Below are positions 49,201 to 63,604 of a stretch of DNA of 64,000 nucleotides, in pieces (the stretch's first letter is position 1; every line of letters starts with the position of its first letter). The notes under the pieces were generated by a model. It did no database searches, was not told where the DNA came from, and worked only from the letters and a program-made list of their open reading frames with translations. Source of the DNA: Tubulanus polymorphus (Eukaryota; Animalia; Nemertea); assembly GCF_964204645.1 (NCBI RefSeq), contig NC_134030.1, positions 10,313,947-10,377,946 on the forward strand. The letters run 5' to 3'. The translations under genes were made by a program, and so were the position numbers.

Positions 49201-50234
49201 AGCCTTGCAAGACGTGACCACTAATCAAGGGGCAACCTACAACGGGGTAGTTTGAAAAGTATATCTTTTATTTGTTTGGTGGTCGTGATTTAGAAAAGTT
49301 AATTTGAATCTAATTGAAATATTAAGCAACACCAAAGACTGGGTTAGTTAGCGGATCAAAGGTTTTCTCAATTGTGCAGAGACTCAAAAGTAGAGTCGAT
49401 TTCAAGAGGGAGAATGTGTTAATTATATACCCCGATGATATCTTCAATACAGGCAAACCACATCAAGATGCAGCTGCACAACTTCCATCGCAGTCGACGC
49501 AACAGCAAAAACGTGAAGAATTCGCAGAAACAAGGATCGACATCAAGAAATTTGCTCAGTTCTTAGCCGGCCAACAAGTCAACCCGAATAAAGTTATATG
49601 CAGTACGTATTACCTGAATTACAGTCGATTTCCGATTGGAGTTTTGGAAGACCTCATTTACCAAGAAGAATATTACATGTGTCGAAAGAATAATGAATAA
49701 CTCAATTTGAGAATTTACTCGTTACAGGGTTCATAGTCTCCATGAGCAGTCTCATTCCATGACTTACAATGACCTTTTGACCCCAATTCCATGATCCAAT
49801 TCAAAATTTCTAACTGATCAGGCCAGGAAAATTACTCGAAATAATACGTTCATTGATCTGATATAATGTAGGCCTTTACAATAGATTACTCGATATGTGA
49901 CCAAAAGTTTCAAAATGTGTTGGCGTGGTAAGGTAGATACCATTAAAGGACCATGATTCAAGGATTTTAGAAGCCATTCCATGCCTTGAATTGACCCATT
50001 CCCATTGATGCCATGACTTCGAGGGACTGCTATGAACCCTAAAATAGGAATTGACCGGATCCGACAGAGTCTACCGAATAGATCGACAGTTCTTCTGACT
50101 TCATTCGACATCCATCTACGATACATCATCTCTTTTCAAACATTTCAGACATCGTCGAAAACAAAGTCGCTCACTTCTTCCTACTACACGACGACGTCTC
50201 ATTGCAGTATTTCATGCCTGCTGTCTCGCTCTAA
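46249..50234 (+). CDS. HUS1: Checkpoint protein HUS1 (9-1-1 clamp subunit), 289 aa, 8 exons
   Basis: Exons 46249-46300, 46479-46606, 47601-47777, 48020-48121, 48588-48662, 49011-49110, 49453-49602, 50149-50234 (870 nt, open frame). MRFRGKLVD..KLAKTCVLR..GGVSIWCEL..VTHDVPV..IDIKKFAQFLAGQQVNP..DVSLQYFMPAV. Confidence 0.96.
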
Positions 50235-52807
50235 TTGTAAACTCGTCTCTGCAGGCATCTTAAAACCCACCAGTCGCATTTCTTTATCACAACTATCTTC
50301 TATGAATTTGTAATTGTTATATTGTGCTGAGCAAATAATATGTTGAAAATCATTTGTATGAAAGAAATATTTGTATTCTAATGTTTTAAAGAACAGTTTT
50401 ACAGTTATTCTGGTATCTAGTAGTGCACAATCTTCCACAGGGCATCCAGTTTTCCCTGATGTTTCCATGTGATTACCCCTGGTACACAAAATTCCCTGAG
50501 TGAATCTGAGAAATTTCTAGGTTCAAAATGTTATAATTTAATCATTTTTCATTGAATCACGTACTGATAAAGAAACCTGAGGTCGATAGCATTATCTGAA
50601 TTCCCCGAGTTTTTCAGGTTTTCTGGAAGAATTTGTAAAATTCCCCGAGTTTTTCTAGATTTTTCCAATTCCCCAAGTTTTCCACGTCGATGACCACCCT
50701 GTTCCAGATATACATGTAGCATGAAATGTTTATTTTAGGTAATTTAATTTCTCTAGACTTGGGCTTAACTGTGTATTAATCTGCTGCCTGGACCCACCCA
50801 TCAAGACATTCAAGCATTAAATTGTCTAGATTTACATGTAGTAACAGTGCAACCTCGTCGCAGGGAACTTCATGGGACCAGAAAATATGTTCGTTATTAC
50901 CGTGAGTTTGTTATATCCAGTATGAAATTAATAAAATTATCTTACTTGGGATTAAATTCTTTGTTCAGCACTAGACATCAGACATAGCCACACCACAAGA
51001 CTTTCATTACGGTCAAAATCGCTTAAGCCATCATCGTAAAAGTCTCCACATCACATCATAAGTCATCATTCGGATAAGTTAGGTCAACATAATGGTCACC
51101 TGAACTATGACGCCTTAAATCAGTTTGACTGTACAATGGTGAATGTCTTGAGAGTGCTTATTCCAGACATCTGACTGAGCGACGACTAAATCAGTTCTAC
51201 GGGATAAGGTTTCACTCGGGAGTTACTGATTAATTCCTGGAACATATTCCACATCTTCTAATCCGCTTAAACAAATAACCACAGACAATCATAATACATT
51301 AAATTCGATGTATTTTACATTTATATTGGGACGGATCATGAACTGTGAGTGACTTGTAACAAATATTCACACATAATATCTAGTACACATGTGCATTAAG
51401 AAGACAAAGGAATGAGAATTTTTACGACTAACAATGAAATTGACTCATTTGGGAACTTGGAATGGAATCACGAGGCCAATTTCGAAAAAGTTTAACTCAA
51501 AATTTTGGTTAGGTATTTATTGGTTACTTCATGGTAAGTTGAGGTTTTTTTCATGGACGCAGACCCTGGAGTCATTAGCTTTCACCTCATTCATATTAAG
51601 AGTCATTTTACATCAAAAATTGTATTTTAATTGAAAACTGGCTAGAAATCAATCTTATTTCAACTGAGCCTTGAAAGGAGCTGATGGCAATTTCCATCAA
51701 AGTACAGGAAGTAAAAGACGAAATATACAAATTAAAAATTCCATTCAAAATACAATATCCTAAATTCAGCAGCAATAATAATGCAAGAATCAATCTGCTG
51801 AATGGACCATGCACCCCGATACATTATCACCATTCTTCACATTTTTGATTATCTGGGCTTCACCTCAGACACTTTTAACTGATAAAAATAATAACTAAGG
51901 ATACCAACTACATGTATGTGAAATGCTTGATTATCTCACGATTTCAATATCCAACACCCCCTGGTGAAAAAATAGCGTATCAGTGAATTTGGAACTCATC
52001 ACAATATATTGTAGAAGTAGTCATAGCCTTTTGCTATTGATCGAGTCATGGTTACAACATAACCTGCTGACCAAAGTAGGCAAATGTCACAACTAATTTC
52101 TCAAATCATTTCACCCAAATTCGTAATTTCGTAAAATTGTATGGTTCAAATGAATGGAAAATGGATATACAGACAACGAACAATTATCTAGGGATCGGGC
52201 CGATAGATCCACCGCACTGAGCTTAGCTCTTTCAGCGCTCGCTGGTTGATTGATGCCTTCGATCTCTAGAAAAAGTTCCACATATCCTCCGGTAGTACCA
52301 ATCCCAAATTGCTTCCGCCGGCCCTTTATACATATGGGAATACAATGTTATTCTGCTATTCAACGCCCCCTGGTGAGCAAATATAAAATCAATGAGCTTG
52401 AAACTCCACATGATGATCATAGAAAACTATACGAGCAAAAGCTTATGCAATAGTCCGCTGTGACTGAAGTCTAAAACCGGAGGAAAAAACCACCAGAAAT
52501 TTGTGATTTCATCACCACTTTCGAAAAGTGATAGTCAAGACTGTCGGTGAATTGGTGAATGCACAGCCTGCAGATTGACACTTGTATTTGATAAGGCATG
52601 TCACCTTTAGCGACAGTCGTTGAAACATTTTCAAAATGAACTCAAATAATACATACATACTCTTATAATGGTTAGAAAAAGCTGAACAGACAAACCAACT
52701 TTTCCTGGATGACAATCGCCAAAATGATAGCCAGTATATAATAATTTGACTAAACATATCCCGATACACACGCTCATATAAAAAGGACGGTTTCTAAAAT
52801 GTAAATG

Positions 52808-55800
52808 CTACCACGTGTCTCCTATTAACTCGAGTTCGTTATCGTTTTGCGCCAGTCGGTTTTTGATCGAGTTTTGAATCACTTGTAAACTTTCATCGTC
52901 GAGATCTTCGAGTAACGTCAAGATCGCTTTTACCGTATTCACGTTCTGTAAATAGGAACACGAGAGAGACATATTATACATGAGAACTAACAAAAAAGCG
53001 AAGCTCAAATTTTTCTCAGGCCAACATCTAGGTCCACCTTCATCAATAAGCAGGGGGTGGGTTGGGTCTTTTTTCGATCTAATTACTGAGTAAGGTGGAA
53101 CTAACGATAGAAATGAATCAGAGTTTCTGAGGCTATAAAACGAATGTCCATAACGATTAATTCATCTCATCTTAAACACAGCTAACAAGATTTGAAACTC
53201 AGAAAATACAATAAGGTAAAGAAAGGAGTTGAATTCGTCAATTACAAAAACCTAATTGAAGCAGGCAGTGCATGATATATATAAAACAAGGATTCACACG
53301 AAGCATTAGGTAATTGAGGTAAAATTGCCCAGAAACTATTCAGTAAGAAATATAAAACAAGGCTAAAATTGATTCAATAACAGTAGAATAGCCACACTCA
53401 AACGTGGAGAATAGATGATATAACGAAAACCCACTATGTACAGATTTAAAAGTTTGAAACCCAGAATTTATTTAATCAAAAATTAAGAAGACAACGTTTC
53501 AAACCCTCGTGCTACAAATCAGGCGCGCGAGTCGAGTGTTTTAATTTTCGATTGAATAAATTTTTGGTTTTAGAACTTTTAAATTTGTACATGTTTTTAT
53601 GATATCATTGGTTCAATAACATTTGCGAGCAATCATAAGGCCAACATTGAGATACACACAAACACAGAAAAAGAAAAATATACATTAATAAGGGAATTAT
53701 TTATGATTCACACTTCTTTCATTGAACATAAATAACAAAGACTAAAGTATAGAAAATAAGTGTACACTCGGTGCTCGTTTAAAAACTATTAGGTATAAAC
53801 GCCAAGAATGAGGCGATCACCTAGGGTTTAGAAAATGTATGCAAATTATGCTAAAAGCTGGTGGCCAAAAGAATCATGTAGGTCACAGTCGACTCGTCCG
53901 AACTCGAACCCATTGGTTAGGACCAATGATTTTTGTTTGATAATTAAAGTTAAACAATGGAAATTTACCCGTAACAGGGTGGCCACTTTCCACCCATTTA
54001 TAAATTCCCTGATTTTTCTATTTTATAATGAAAAATTCCCTGAATTAAACCACGGGTCAACCCGGGCCAATTACGAAGGACCTGTCACATGCCAAAAGGG
54101 CACTTCAATATCCAAAAAGGCAATATAGGCGTACTCTCCCGATGAAATGCACCAATTACGTATCTTAGTTGACGAAATGAGGAAGGGAACTCACAAATTT
54201 GATGGACTTGTACAAGCCTTACATAACAAGTCTCCCTGAAGCAACCCTGAATTTGCAAATCACGTATTGATTAAGAAATACCTGGTCAACAGCATATTCC
54301 CATTGTAAAATCTGTCAGGAAATTCCCGAGTTTTCCCCGATTTTTCCAATTCCCTGAGTTTCAAGGTCAGTGGCCACCCTGAGTAATTATCATTGAACAC
54401 AAACATCAAAAACTTAAAACTTATGTTCGAATATAAATTTTCCATTGATCAATTCAGCTTGAAAGATTTCAAGTTCGAAGGAGTCTACCATATTTATATA
54501 TATAATATCACGATACACCGAAAATTTATCAAACGTTACTAGAGGCAGTAAATGAGAGAGTGAGGGACGGTAAATGTACCTATCATTTATTTTCTATTCT
54601 GTCGTCTTTTCTCCTAAAATTATAGCAAGAGCGTGAAAATTTTTGACAAATTTTTTCGCAACTTCGAAACAAATTGCCGCGCACGAAATCGCTACTCACC
54701 CTTGCTTTGGAATTGGACGATTGAGGTTTCGATTTTGCCGGCGACATCTTATCGGCCGTTAGCGGCTTCAAACCAAGTTGTTCGCGTATTTTACTGAAAA
54801 CGAAAGATTTCTTTTTTGTGAAATCATCGATCAATTCGAAAAGTTGTAATCCTAGATAAATCTATTCATTCGAATTAAAAAAATATATTTCGAATCAGCT
54901 ACTCAATGAAAATACAAGAACAATAGGACCTTGATCCAACTTATGGTCTGACCAACAGGCCAAATTTTAGCACGGGACAAATGATTGCGTTTGAATTGGT
55001 ACCGGAAATGACCCACTTCACTTTGTTTGAGTATTGTTTATCGAATGAGTGGTTTACGCGTGAACGCGCACTCTCTAATTAGGCACGGGCCAAATTTGGC
55101 TCCAGCCCGATTCGTACCAAATCATCTCCGTGTGATCGAGGCTTTAATTTCAATTTTCTGGTACCAATGAAATTAATCCATTTTACGAGAAATGAGTAAG
55201 TTCCATATTTTTTGGTTGAGATTTGGTTTTAACTCTTAGCCAAATTCACCGTACTTAGCTGAGAATTACGGAATTACGGAATTGGGTCCGGATGCTTAGT
55301 CGGACGATGAATAATATCGGATTAAGCAGATCTACTTTCATGTTGTAAACATACTTAGTTTCGGCGAATGTCACTGTATTATGATCGGTGATCTTCTCTT
55401 CGCGACTCGTTTCGGCCGATTTCGGGCGACGTTTGTTGTTTTCGTTGAGTTGATGCGGCAAGTTCAATTCGATTCCTTGTTCGATGGCGTCGTTTATTTC
55501 TTCCTCTTGAACGGCTATAGAAAAACACGGATATAAAAACAATTAAGCATCATAATTCAAAATGTGAATGATCACGACGAGACATTCAATTTAGTATACT
55601 ATATACTTACGTATATTGTCGAGTTTTTGTAAGTTCGGCAGCGCTTTCAGTACGGTCATTCGGTATCCATCGCCCATAGCGCACGGATTATCGGCTAACC
55701 ACAGGGTACGTAGTTGAGGAAGTTTCTTCAGATAGCAGATCTCCGATAGGCTGGCGATTTTATTTCTGCGTATGTACAATTCCTGCAGGTGTCGGCAGTA

Positions 55801-56581
55801 CTGAAACGGTTGCAGAGTCGTGATACTGTTCACGCTGAAACGTATAATAAAACCGAAGACGTGGATATATTTCGCAGATCCGACATTATGCTACGCTGCT
55901 AAGCCTTACCGGAAGGATCAAATATTAATGATTGGAAAATCAGTAATATTATTGCGTTTTATTCAAAAGTCCAAGTTGGCCATGTCTTCGTTAGGCACGT
56001 GAGCGCACAATTTCCTCATAGAATAGGTAGGTAAAGATTTAAGGTTTAGGATTAGGTTTCTATCTACCATTAGACCCAGTGTGCAGTTAGTTGTGGATTT
56101 AAACTAAATTCCATTTGATGCTTTCTTGTATTTTTTTAAAGTCCAGCAACTTAATGCACATGCGTAACGTTAGTTAACAATCAGAATCATCGCCATATTG
56201 TGAAAATATCGGCTTCTTGGTGCAGACATACATGTAATTCTAAATGCCAGTGGCGCTTCTATCAAACTTAAGAGAACAGATCTACACAAAAAGATTAATG
56301 GTCCCATGTACCAGCAAGATGTGTAGGCGCTGAAGGTAAGGTTTGGGTATCACCCTCCCTACAAATATATTTGATAATTTGGTACGCCTATTTAGCAGGG
56401 AAATAATCCAGCCTTGTGCCGAAAAATGTGTGAGAACACGAATTACAAATCGTGTTTTCATCAGATCTTGCAGTAATCAGATTTCAGCACTCCAAGATCA
56501 GATAAGTTTACCTACCTCAGACTAACTATTTCTACTTGCTTCATCTTGCTAACTATTCCGATATCATCCAGTTCACTTGCC
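52808..56581 (-). CDS. CFAP410: Cilia- and flagella-associated protein 410 (C21orf2, LRR protein); first coding exon not found in the window
   Basis: Phase-consistent exons 56516-56581, 55611-55834, 55355-55514, 54700-54793, 52808-52945. [47 protein letters not shown]; [14 protein letters not shown]; C-terminal [14 protein letters not shown]. Confidence 0.9.
53975..54381. mobile_element. hAT-like MITE family (cagggtggcca..tggccaccctg); related copies about 34949-35258, 44461-44670, 50437-50702
   Basis: Inverted termini plus internal aattccctgagttttcc repeats shared between copies. Confidence 0.6.
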
Positions 56582-58849
56582 CTATAAAAATCAACAGATT
56601 GAGACATTACAATTCATTTCTTGCCACTCAAATAGGATTTATGCCATTACTCAAAAGATCGAATGATTCATATCGGAAGGCGTTATTGAGCAGGGACGTA
56701 CGAGCAAAGGCAGTACCGAGCAGCGATGTACTGATCGAAGGAGATAATTTTATGAGGCCTGTATGGGATAGCAAGAGGCCCACGAAGCTTCGGTACTGAT
56801 ATTATAAATCGAAGGACATGTATCTTTCTTTAGAAGCGTTCTTTAGATTGATATGGAATAATCTTTTCAGAGAGGAACCGATGAATAATTTTGTTTACAT
56901 TTTTTCAACTGAATGGATGGTAGATGTGCCAGGAACGAATGCTTCAGTTTGGTTTTTTTCCCAATGATTTATGCTAAATAAGTTACGGGACATGTCATGA
57001 TAGATCTGCATTGAAGTTCTATTTCGACGCAGATGGAATGGTTAAACTTCGATTTTTCATGCTTAAAATTGCAGAATTTTGGTTTAAACTCTCTTGTGAT
57101 GCATGATACATTGGATTCAGTTCCGATTCAAAAAACAAAACAATGAACAATAGCAACACTTCACAAAAGGTGAGAAGCGTTATTAATTGATCGATCTGTA
57201 CCAGAAACTGAAACATCAATCTTTTATTTCATTTAAAAATTCATAAGAAACAAATATTTTTCTTCCTATAATTCAACGTTTCAATAAAAATTCTCAGGCG
57301 CGATTCAGACAGTGGCACCGTAGGCAGGTGCTACCGGCGCGAAAATCTCGTGCCTTTTTTCATGCCCAAAGTAGAAAAGGGCACTTTTTTCCGAGACTAG
57401 ACGTGAAATTTTAAACAAAAAGCACATAATTCTTCAAGATTTTGTCTTTATTGCCTGGAAACTAAATCTCAATGCAGTTAATTTGCTAGAAAGCACTGCG
57501 TATCAGGACTTTGATTGCTTGGAAATCGCAGCAAGAAAGCAGATTTCAAAATTGCAGAATGCCCTTTTTGTTTTGAAATACCCTTTTTATAAGTTAGTTG
57601 TTCTACCCTCGACACTGGTCCCTGGATCCGTCCCTAATTCATGACTCTATTCACTAACAGTTATACCCGCTACCATTCTCTGATTACAACAGTTTCTCAT
57701 TGCCAGGAAGGAATTTGCTCGGGTAGTTCCTAAATAATTCCAAGTTAGGGCAATTTTCTATTGAAAATTTCATATCTCACTGAAAATAATAATAATATAG
57801 ATTTGAAATAATTGAAAAGTCGAATGTCTTTTTAGACCAGAGCAAATTGGATTCAAAATTTAAAATATAGCTGTAAAGCAGCGATAACGGGTTTTCTACA
57901 CGGTCTTGTTAGTATTATTGTTCTTGTCTGGATAATGTGTCGACCACGATTGCTGACGCAGCGGCACCATGTTATCGAAAATGAAGGGAATTTAGAATCC
58001 AGTTCAACAGTCAAAACGGTTTTATAAAAACAGTCTACAAATAGTAGATTAGGCCTGCTTGAAACCTATGGATGACTGGACCAGATATTTTGACTCTGGA
58101 AAATCGATCGAAAGGCCTATAGTCGTCTTGGATTTAGAATAAAAGCATTTGATATGGTACTACATCAGCGATTACTAAACAAGCTATTAGGAAACGGCAT
58201 TAATGATGGCCCTGATGAAGGCAGCTAATGAAAAGGTGTTTCGTGTCAAGATTTGCGTGGCAATGTCGGCAGTTTCAGTTGACATTAATTGCTCATTATC
58301 CTGAACTTTCTAGCTTACTCATATAAAGTCTCTTGTTATTTGGGAAATTTATCAACTCTCATTTCCTTTCCCTCTGTTTCTTCGTTTTCCTTTCCTTTCT
58401 ACTGGGGCTTGCGACAGCGGACTTAAGGCTCTGCTTGGCCCACACAGAAAGCTCACTCTTTTTATAACCGTGCTTGTTTAGAAATTGTAAATTTTATTGT
58501 TTGCTTGTTTTTTCTCTCAATCTCTGCACATAGCCTGTCATGCTTTCCATGAAATAAATTTGAATTTGAACATTTTCCAAATTGTGTCTAATGAGTGGAA
58601 CCTTAAAAAAAGAGGTCAACGCACAGTCTATTGAGGTAAATCTCTTCCTTTGGAGATTCCGAACCTCCAGGGTCAGTATTATTCCATAAGGTTATGAGAC
58701 TAATAAGCAAATGGATGTTATGAATTTACTTGCCAAGAAAGCTGGTAAAGAGTAAGGGTCTATGTTGACGCTGGAACATACTGGTATAGATTTGTCATTG
58801 GCAAACAATGTGGGGACATAAAGTGGACACGGGCCTTCTTGCACATATA

Positions 58850-59156
58850 GCCGCGATCACACGGACACGATTTGGCCCAGTCCAAATTGGCACGGGTCAG
58901 GCGCGGGCCAAATTTGGCCCGTGCCTAATTAGAGAGCGCGTTCACACGCAAACCATTCACTCGATACTAAACAATGCTCAAACAAAGCGAAGTGGATCAT
59001 TTCGGGTGCCAGTTGCAATTCAAACGCAATCATTTGTCTGGTGCTAAAATTTGGCTTAGGCCTGATCCGTCCTGATTTGTGTGAACAGTTGTTCCGGGCC
59101 AAATTTGGCACAGGCCAAATTTGGGCCAGTCCAAAAATGCTCGTGTGATCGCGGCT
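58850..59156. mobile_element. MITE with TIR gccgcgatcacacg (PIF/Harbinger-like); related copies about 11568-11830 and 54950-55145
   Basis: Termini gccgcgatcacacg / cgtgtgatcgcggc with TWA flanks; shared core acgcgtgaacgcg..ctaattaggcacgggccaaatttggc. Confidence 0.7.
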
Positions 59157-59735
59157 TATAAGTCCCATACGTTCTGTTCGTCGATTCTCCAACATCTTCC
59201 GTTCTAAAATAGCCGAGACTTTTTGCTTATCACACCCGTGAATACAATCTGAGACAGCAAGTGCTGCATTGAAGTGCAATTCATCTAAACGAGCAATAAA
59301 AAGGAGAAATTTGTTAGGAGAAACTCGTAGCAGATCCCTGGAATGACGATAAACACGCGTGGATTCATCAATGTTTATGGCTCGACAGCGCTTTCAAAAT
59401 TTAGAGTAGTAAATATCCTGTGGATCGGTAACATGTACTGATGAAGAATATCTATGGGTTATCGTTAAAACTACTGTTTGAAGACCGCGGCTGAATGTTT
59501 AATTAAGTTGTTTATTCATGCTTGAATTGATAATCAAAGTGATGAGCAACCTGCGGTGGATTTCAGAATGACAACTCAGAAACCATGGCGACTCATCGAA
59601 CAGGGCCCAATCTTTGATGTTGCCGGCCAGACAGTGCTTTTGTAACGTTGATTCATCAAAATACGGATGAAGTATCTGTAGATCGAAGTGAGCTAAATAA
59701 TATCTAACGGATTGTATCAGAAACAGCGGTAAGCC

Positions 59736-59972
59736 TATGCATTCTTAACGATAAATGTGTGGAATAAAATAACAATAATAATCACGAGAATAACAATAGG
59801 GTCTTCTGTGAAGAAATGGAAAACCCTTATTAAAATGTTATTTGTGAGTCACTATGCATTTTTAATGAAAAATGTGTGGAATAAAATAACAATAATAATC
59901 ACGAGAATAACAATAGGGTTTTCTGTGAAGAAACGGAAAACCCTAATTAAAATGTTATTCGTGAGTCACTGT
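59736..59972. repeat. Tandem duplication of about 117 bp downstream of GPCR copy 2
   Basis: aatgtgtggaataaaataacaataataatcacgag..gtgagtcact x2; related to 23030-23125. Confidence 0.85.
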
Positions 59973-60034
59973 AACCAGTCCACAGTTGATATGGGTTCAA
60001 GTTTTCTGAAGTGAATCACACTTGAAGTCTATGG

Positions 60035-60985
60035 TTATTTGACAGATTTTCGACAGCGGATTTTCATACAGAAATATTCACGAATTTCTCGTCCCAGTAA
60101 AAGATATATGTAAAAATTGACGACGCAATTACACATTTCGAACTGCGCGAATATGTCGTATAGAAAATCCGTCTGTTCCGGCGGGATCGGTAAAAATGTG
60201 GTGATAGTAGATGGGAGCGTACATATCGCGAACGCGAGCGAAACCGTTACGAGCATTATCGTCGTACGTTTCGATTTCGTCGTTTTCTGATCGGACGAGA
60301 CGATTTTCGAACCTCTGAACAACTGAACTATTATAACGGAATTCGACGAAATGATCAACGTTAACGGTATGAGGAAAACCTGGATGACGATTATGGAGAA
60401 AAACTTTTTTTGGTCGGATAATTCGTGGTAACACCCGAAAAACCGGTCGGTGAAATGTATCGACAAAGCGGGGCTGAGGTATATAACCAGAAAATTTACT
60501 GCGGTGATTATCAATATGGTGAATCTAGCGAATCTAGGTGTACATATCAAACGAGATGTGAACGGGAAGAGAACAACTGCCGCGCGTTCTAGAGATACGG
60601 CTACTAGTAACCACGCACTATCGATAACTGCGAGTTGTATTGTGAACTCATATATTTTACAACTGATCAGCGAATTCATGATGAATATCGGACCGTCTTT
60701 AACGTACATGAGAACGAACTGTAAAACGGGCGTCAGCGTATAGTTGACGCAGACTGCGAAATCGTTGAGCGACAAAACGACGAGATAGTTAGCGTAAGAT
60801 AAACCGCGGAATCTGCGATTTATCATTATCAGGAAAGTAGCCGAATTTCCAAACGCTCCGAACAGGAACACGACAGGCAGAACGGCCAGGAACGCAGTAC
60901 GGTAGATTCTGGACTTGTTCACCACGGACATGAGAACTATGTAACTATGAAAAGTTCGACCGATTTGCATCTGAGTAGAATTCAT
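60035..60985 (-). CDS. Intronless class A GPCR, 316 aa, paralogue of 24185-25135
   Basis: Colinear with copy 1: FGNSATF, LSLND, SLERAAVVLFPF, FAICTLP, NCVVNFYIY. Confidence 0.9.
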   Translation of the reverse strand: MNSTQMQIGRTFHSYIVLMSVVNKSRIYRTAFLAVLPVVFLFGAFGNSATFLIMINRRFRGLSYANYLVVLSLNDFAVCVNYTLTPVLQFVLMYVKDGPIFIMNSLISCKIYEFTIQLAVIDSAWLLVAVSLERAAVVLFPFTSRLICTPRFARFTILIITAVNFLVIYLSPALSIHFTDRFFGCYHELSDQKKFFSIIVIQVFLIPLTLIISSNSVIIVQLFRGSKIVSSDQKTTKSKRTTIMLVTVSLAFAICTLPSTITTFLPIPPEQTDFLYDIFAQFEMCNCVVNFYIYLLLGREIREYFCMKIRCRKSVK

Positions 60986-61389
60986 GATTCATGACAATTA
61001 ATTGTTGAATGTATAAGCAGACCGACGCAATATTCTTGCGACAATTTGTTCGTAAGATTCATTGTTTGTATCGAATTAAAAATCAATTCTCAGAAATCTA
61101 ACGCAATTTACTCAGATTTCGTGAAAGTTTATTATCGTGTAAAATATAAATGGAACTAAATTTAATGTAGATATTCGTTGTACAAGAATTCATTGTAAAT
61201 GCTGAAGCCAGGAGTTCTCAATTGGTTATTACAAAAGAGGCATTTTCTATTTTCTATTTGAAGAATTTTTCTACAAGAAGTGTAAAATGTTTGATGGATT
61301 TTTTCACGATATACCGAAACAATGAATCGGTCAAACTCCAACATTAACAGTGGCAAATAAAGCTGTATCTTCACTCTGAAGTGAAGATA

Positions 61390-61809
61390 CGAGATATCAC
61401 TGTTAAGTCAAAAGAACCGACTTGAGCAGAGTTTACTGTACCATCCAACTCAGATATCGCTCTCAAGTCAAATAGTCCGACTTGAGCGGAATGTCTGATC
61501 CAACTCAGATCACTCTCAAGTCAAATGATCTGACTTGAGCGGAGTCTTCTGTACCATCCAACTCAGATATCACTGTCAAGTCAAGTGATCTGACTTGAGC
61601 GGAGTCTAATGTGCCATCCAACTCAGATATTGCTCTCAAGTCAAATGATCTGACTTGACCGAAGTCTACTGTACCATCCAACTCAGATATCGCTCTCAAG
61701 TCAAATGATCTGACTTGACCGAAGTCTACTGTACAATCCAACTCAGATATCGCTCTCAAGTCAAGTGATCCGACTTGAGCGGAGTCTATTTTATCATCAA
61801 ACTCAGATA
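61390..61809. repeat. 60-bp minisatellite, about 7 units
   Basis: Unit aactcagatatcgctctcaagtcaaatgatctgacttgagcggagtctactgtaccatcc, in register line after line. Confidence 0.95.
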
Positions 61810-63439
61810 TATAGAAACTTACCACGGAAAAATGGATTATGCAATTCATGTAATGTCATTGAAGACAAGTTCCACTTGTTTAATTAGAATATATACAATT
61901 AAATGATATTAGATTAGACTTGTTCAAAACTGTGAAATGATATTTACCCAGAATCTCCAAACTGGGACAGCCTAGGAAGTCATAAACAATGATACTATTA
62001 CTTGATCAAGTTTATGATTGATTTTCGGTGTATCTTGGTATGAATATAGCACTGGGTAGTTCTCTGAACATGGAAATCGGAGTCCCCACAGATCAGTCAT
62101 TCTAGAATTCAAGGACTTTTCAAGGAGAAATTTTCAAATTTCAAGGATTGTATGTATCAGTTCCATATCCCAATTACAGTACACTCCTCCTTAGTCAGTT
62201 CTGTTTATCTCAGTTAACTGTTAATTCAGTGACTTAGTAGGCAAATACAATCCTTTACACAAACTAAACTCTGGTTTTAATTCAGTAACCGCCTAAACCA
62301 TTTAATTCCATGTAATCTGCGTGTATTAGACGACTACTAGCCTAACTAGATGGTACTACGAGTTGAAGTTACTCAGTTAAAGTTTGAAATCAAATTTTTG
62401 TATCCAGAACTGTGGAACTGGATCCAGGACTGTGGGACGGTGGAATTTGATTCAGAACTGTGGAATTAGATCGAGAACCTCTAAATTGAATCTAGAACTG
62501 AGGAATTTGATCCAGAACTGTGAATAGAAGGCCTGATAAAACAATACCTAAATGGTCCTGATAAATGACTGCCGTAATCAAAGAACTGATTGTTGATAGG
62601 CCTAGCTGGTTATTTTAGTTTTTAGTTTAGTTTAGTTTATTTTGCTCAACAAAAAGACATTTCCTTAGAGCACAGAAAAAAATTACAAAATTACAATTCA
62701 TGTGTGAAAACATACATAGATGGGCAAATTACATAAACATACGTATATAGACATAGACACCATAAATCTAACCTATTACCTTTTGGACACTACTGGTACC
62801 GTTGAAGCGTGGCGATTGCTTAACCCTTTAACCGGCAAGTATTTTTCGGCCTATGAGAGATTTTGGACCTTGCAAGGGGAAAACTTAATAACTCAGTAGA
62901 TATGAGGGATAACCCCATACTGCATGTTTTTATGAAAGCTCTTTTCACATGCTTTCAAATGATACCATGTTTGCGAACTTTGAGAGTTACCTTCAGGGTC
63001 TGATCCCAAGGTCACAGATCCCAAGGTCATCCAGATTTTTGGGCTACCCTTCATCCCAATATGAATTATCATCAGAATCTTTCATTACCATGTCCAAAAT
63101 ATCAGCCAAACTCACTAGAGAACGTCTTTAGTGCATAGGCCATTACTACTAACGATCAGTGCTTCACCTAGCCAAAAATAGAAGGGCTGTCCGCCCTGCC
63201 CCCGAAAATAACCGCCCTTGTGCCCTTCAGATGTGTCCCATGCTCGCCCTTGTGCCCTCATCACTTGCCGTAGGTCCGCCATCCTGCCCTTGTCAGTCAC
63301 GAGTAATGAGTCAGGGCTTTCAAAATAAGCCGACGCATCCGACTGTTAGTAAGTTTCCTGCGACGGCTATGAAATATCTCGTATGATATCAACGATAGTA
63401 GCTCATGTGATCAGTGGTTATATTCAAATCTACTGCAGT

Positions 63440-63604
63440 CAGGGCCAAATTCGGTTTTCGTATCTAGTCGACTAGTGGTCGGAACTAATAACCGAATGCG
63501 CTTGATTTTCGAACTATTTCCGGAATATAGTTCCGACTGACGGACATTCGGTTTCCTTGAGTTCAACTATAGTCGACTAACTCAGATAACCGAAGGTGGC
63601 CCTG
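63440..63604. mobile_element. Small MITE-like element
   Basis: Inverted termini cagggcca..ttcggtt..tagtcgacta / tagtcgacta..aaccgaa..tggccctg. Confidence 0.55.

Noticed and set aside
61390-61809. CRISPR-like array of palindromic repeats
   Set aside because: Whole 60-bp units repeat with no unique spacers, the context is eukaryotic and there are no cas genes.
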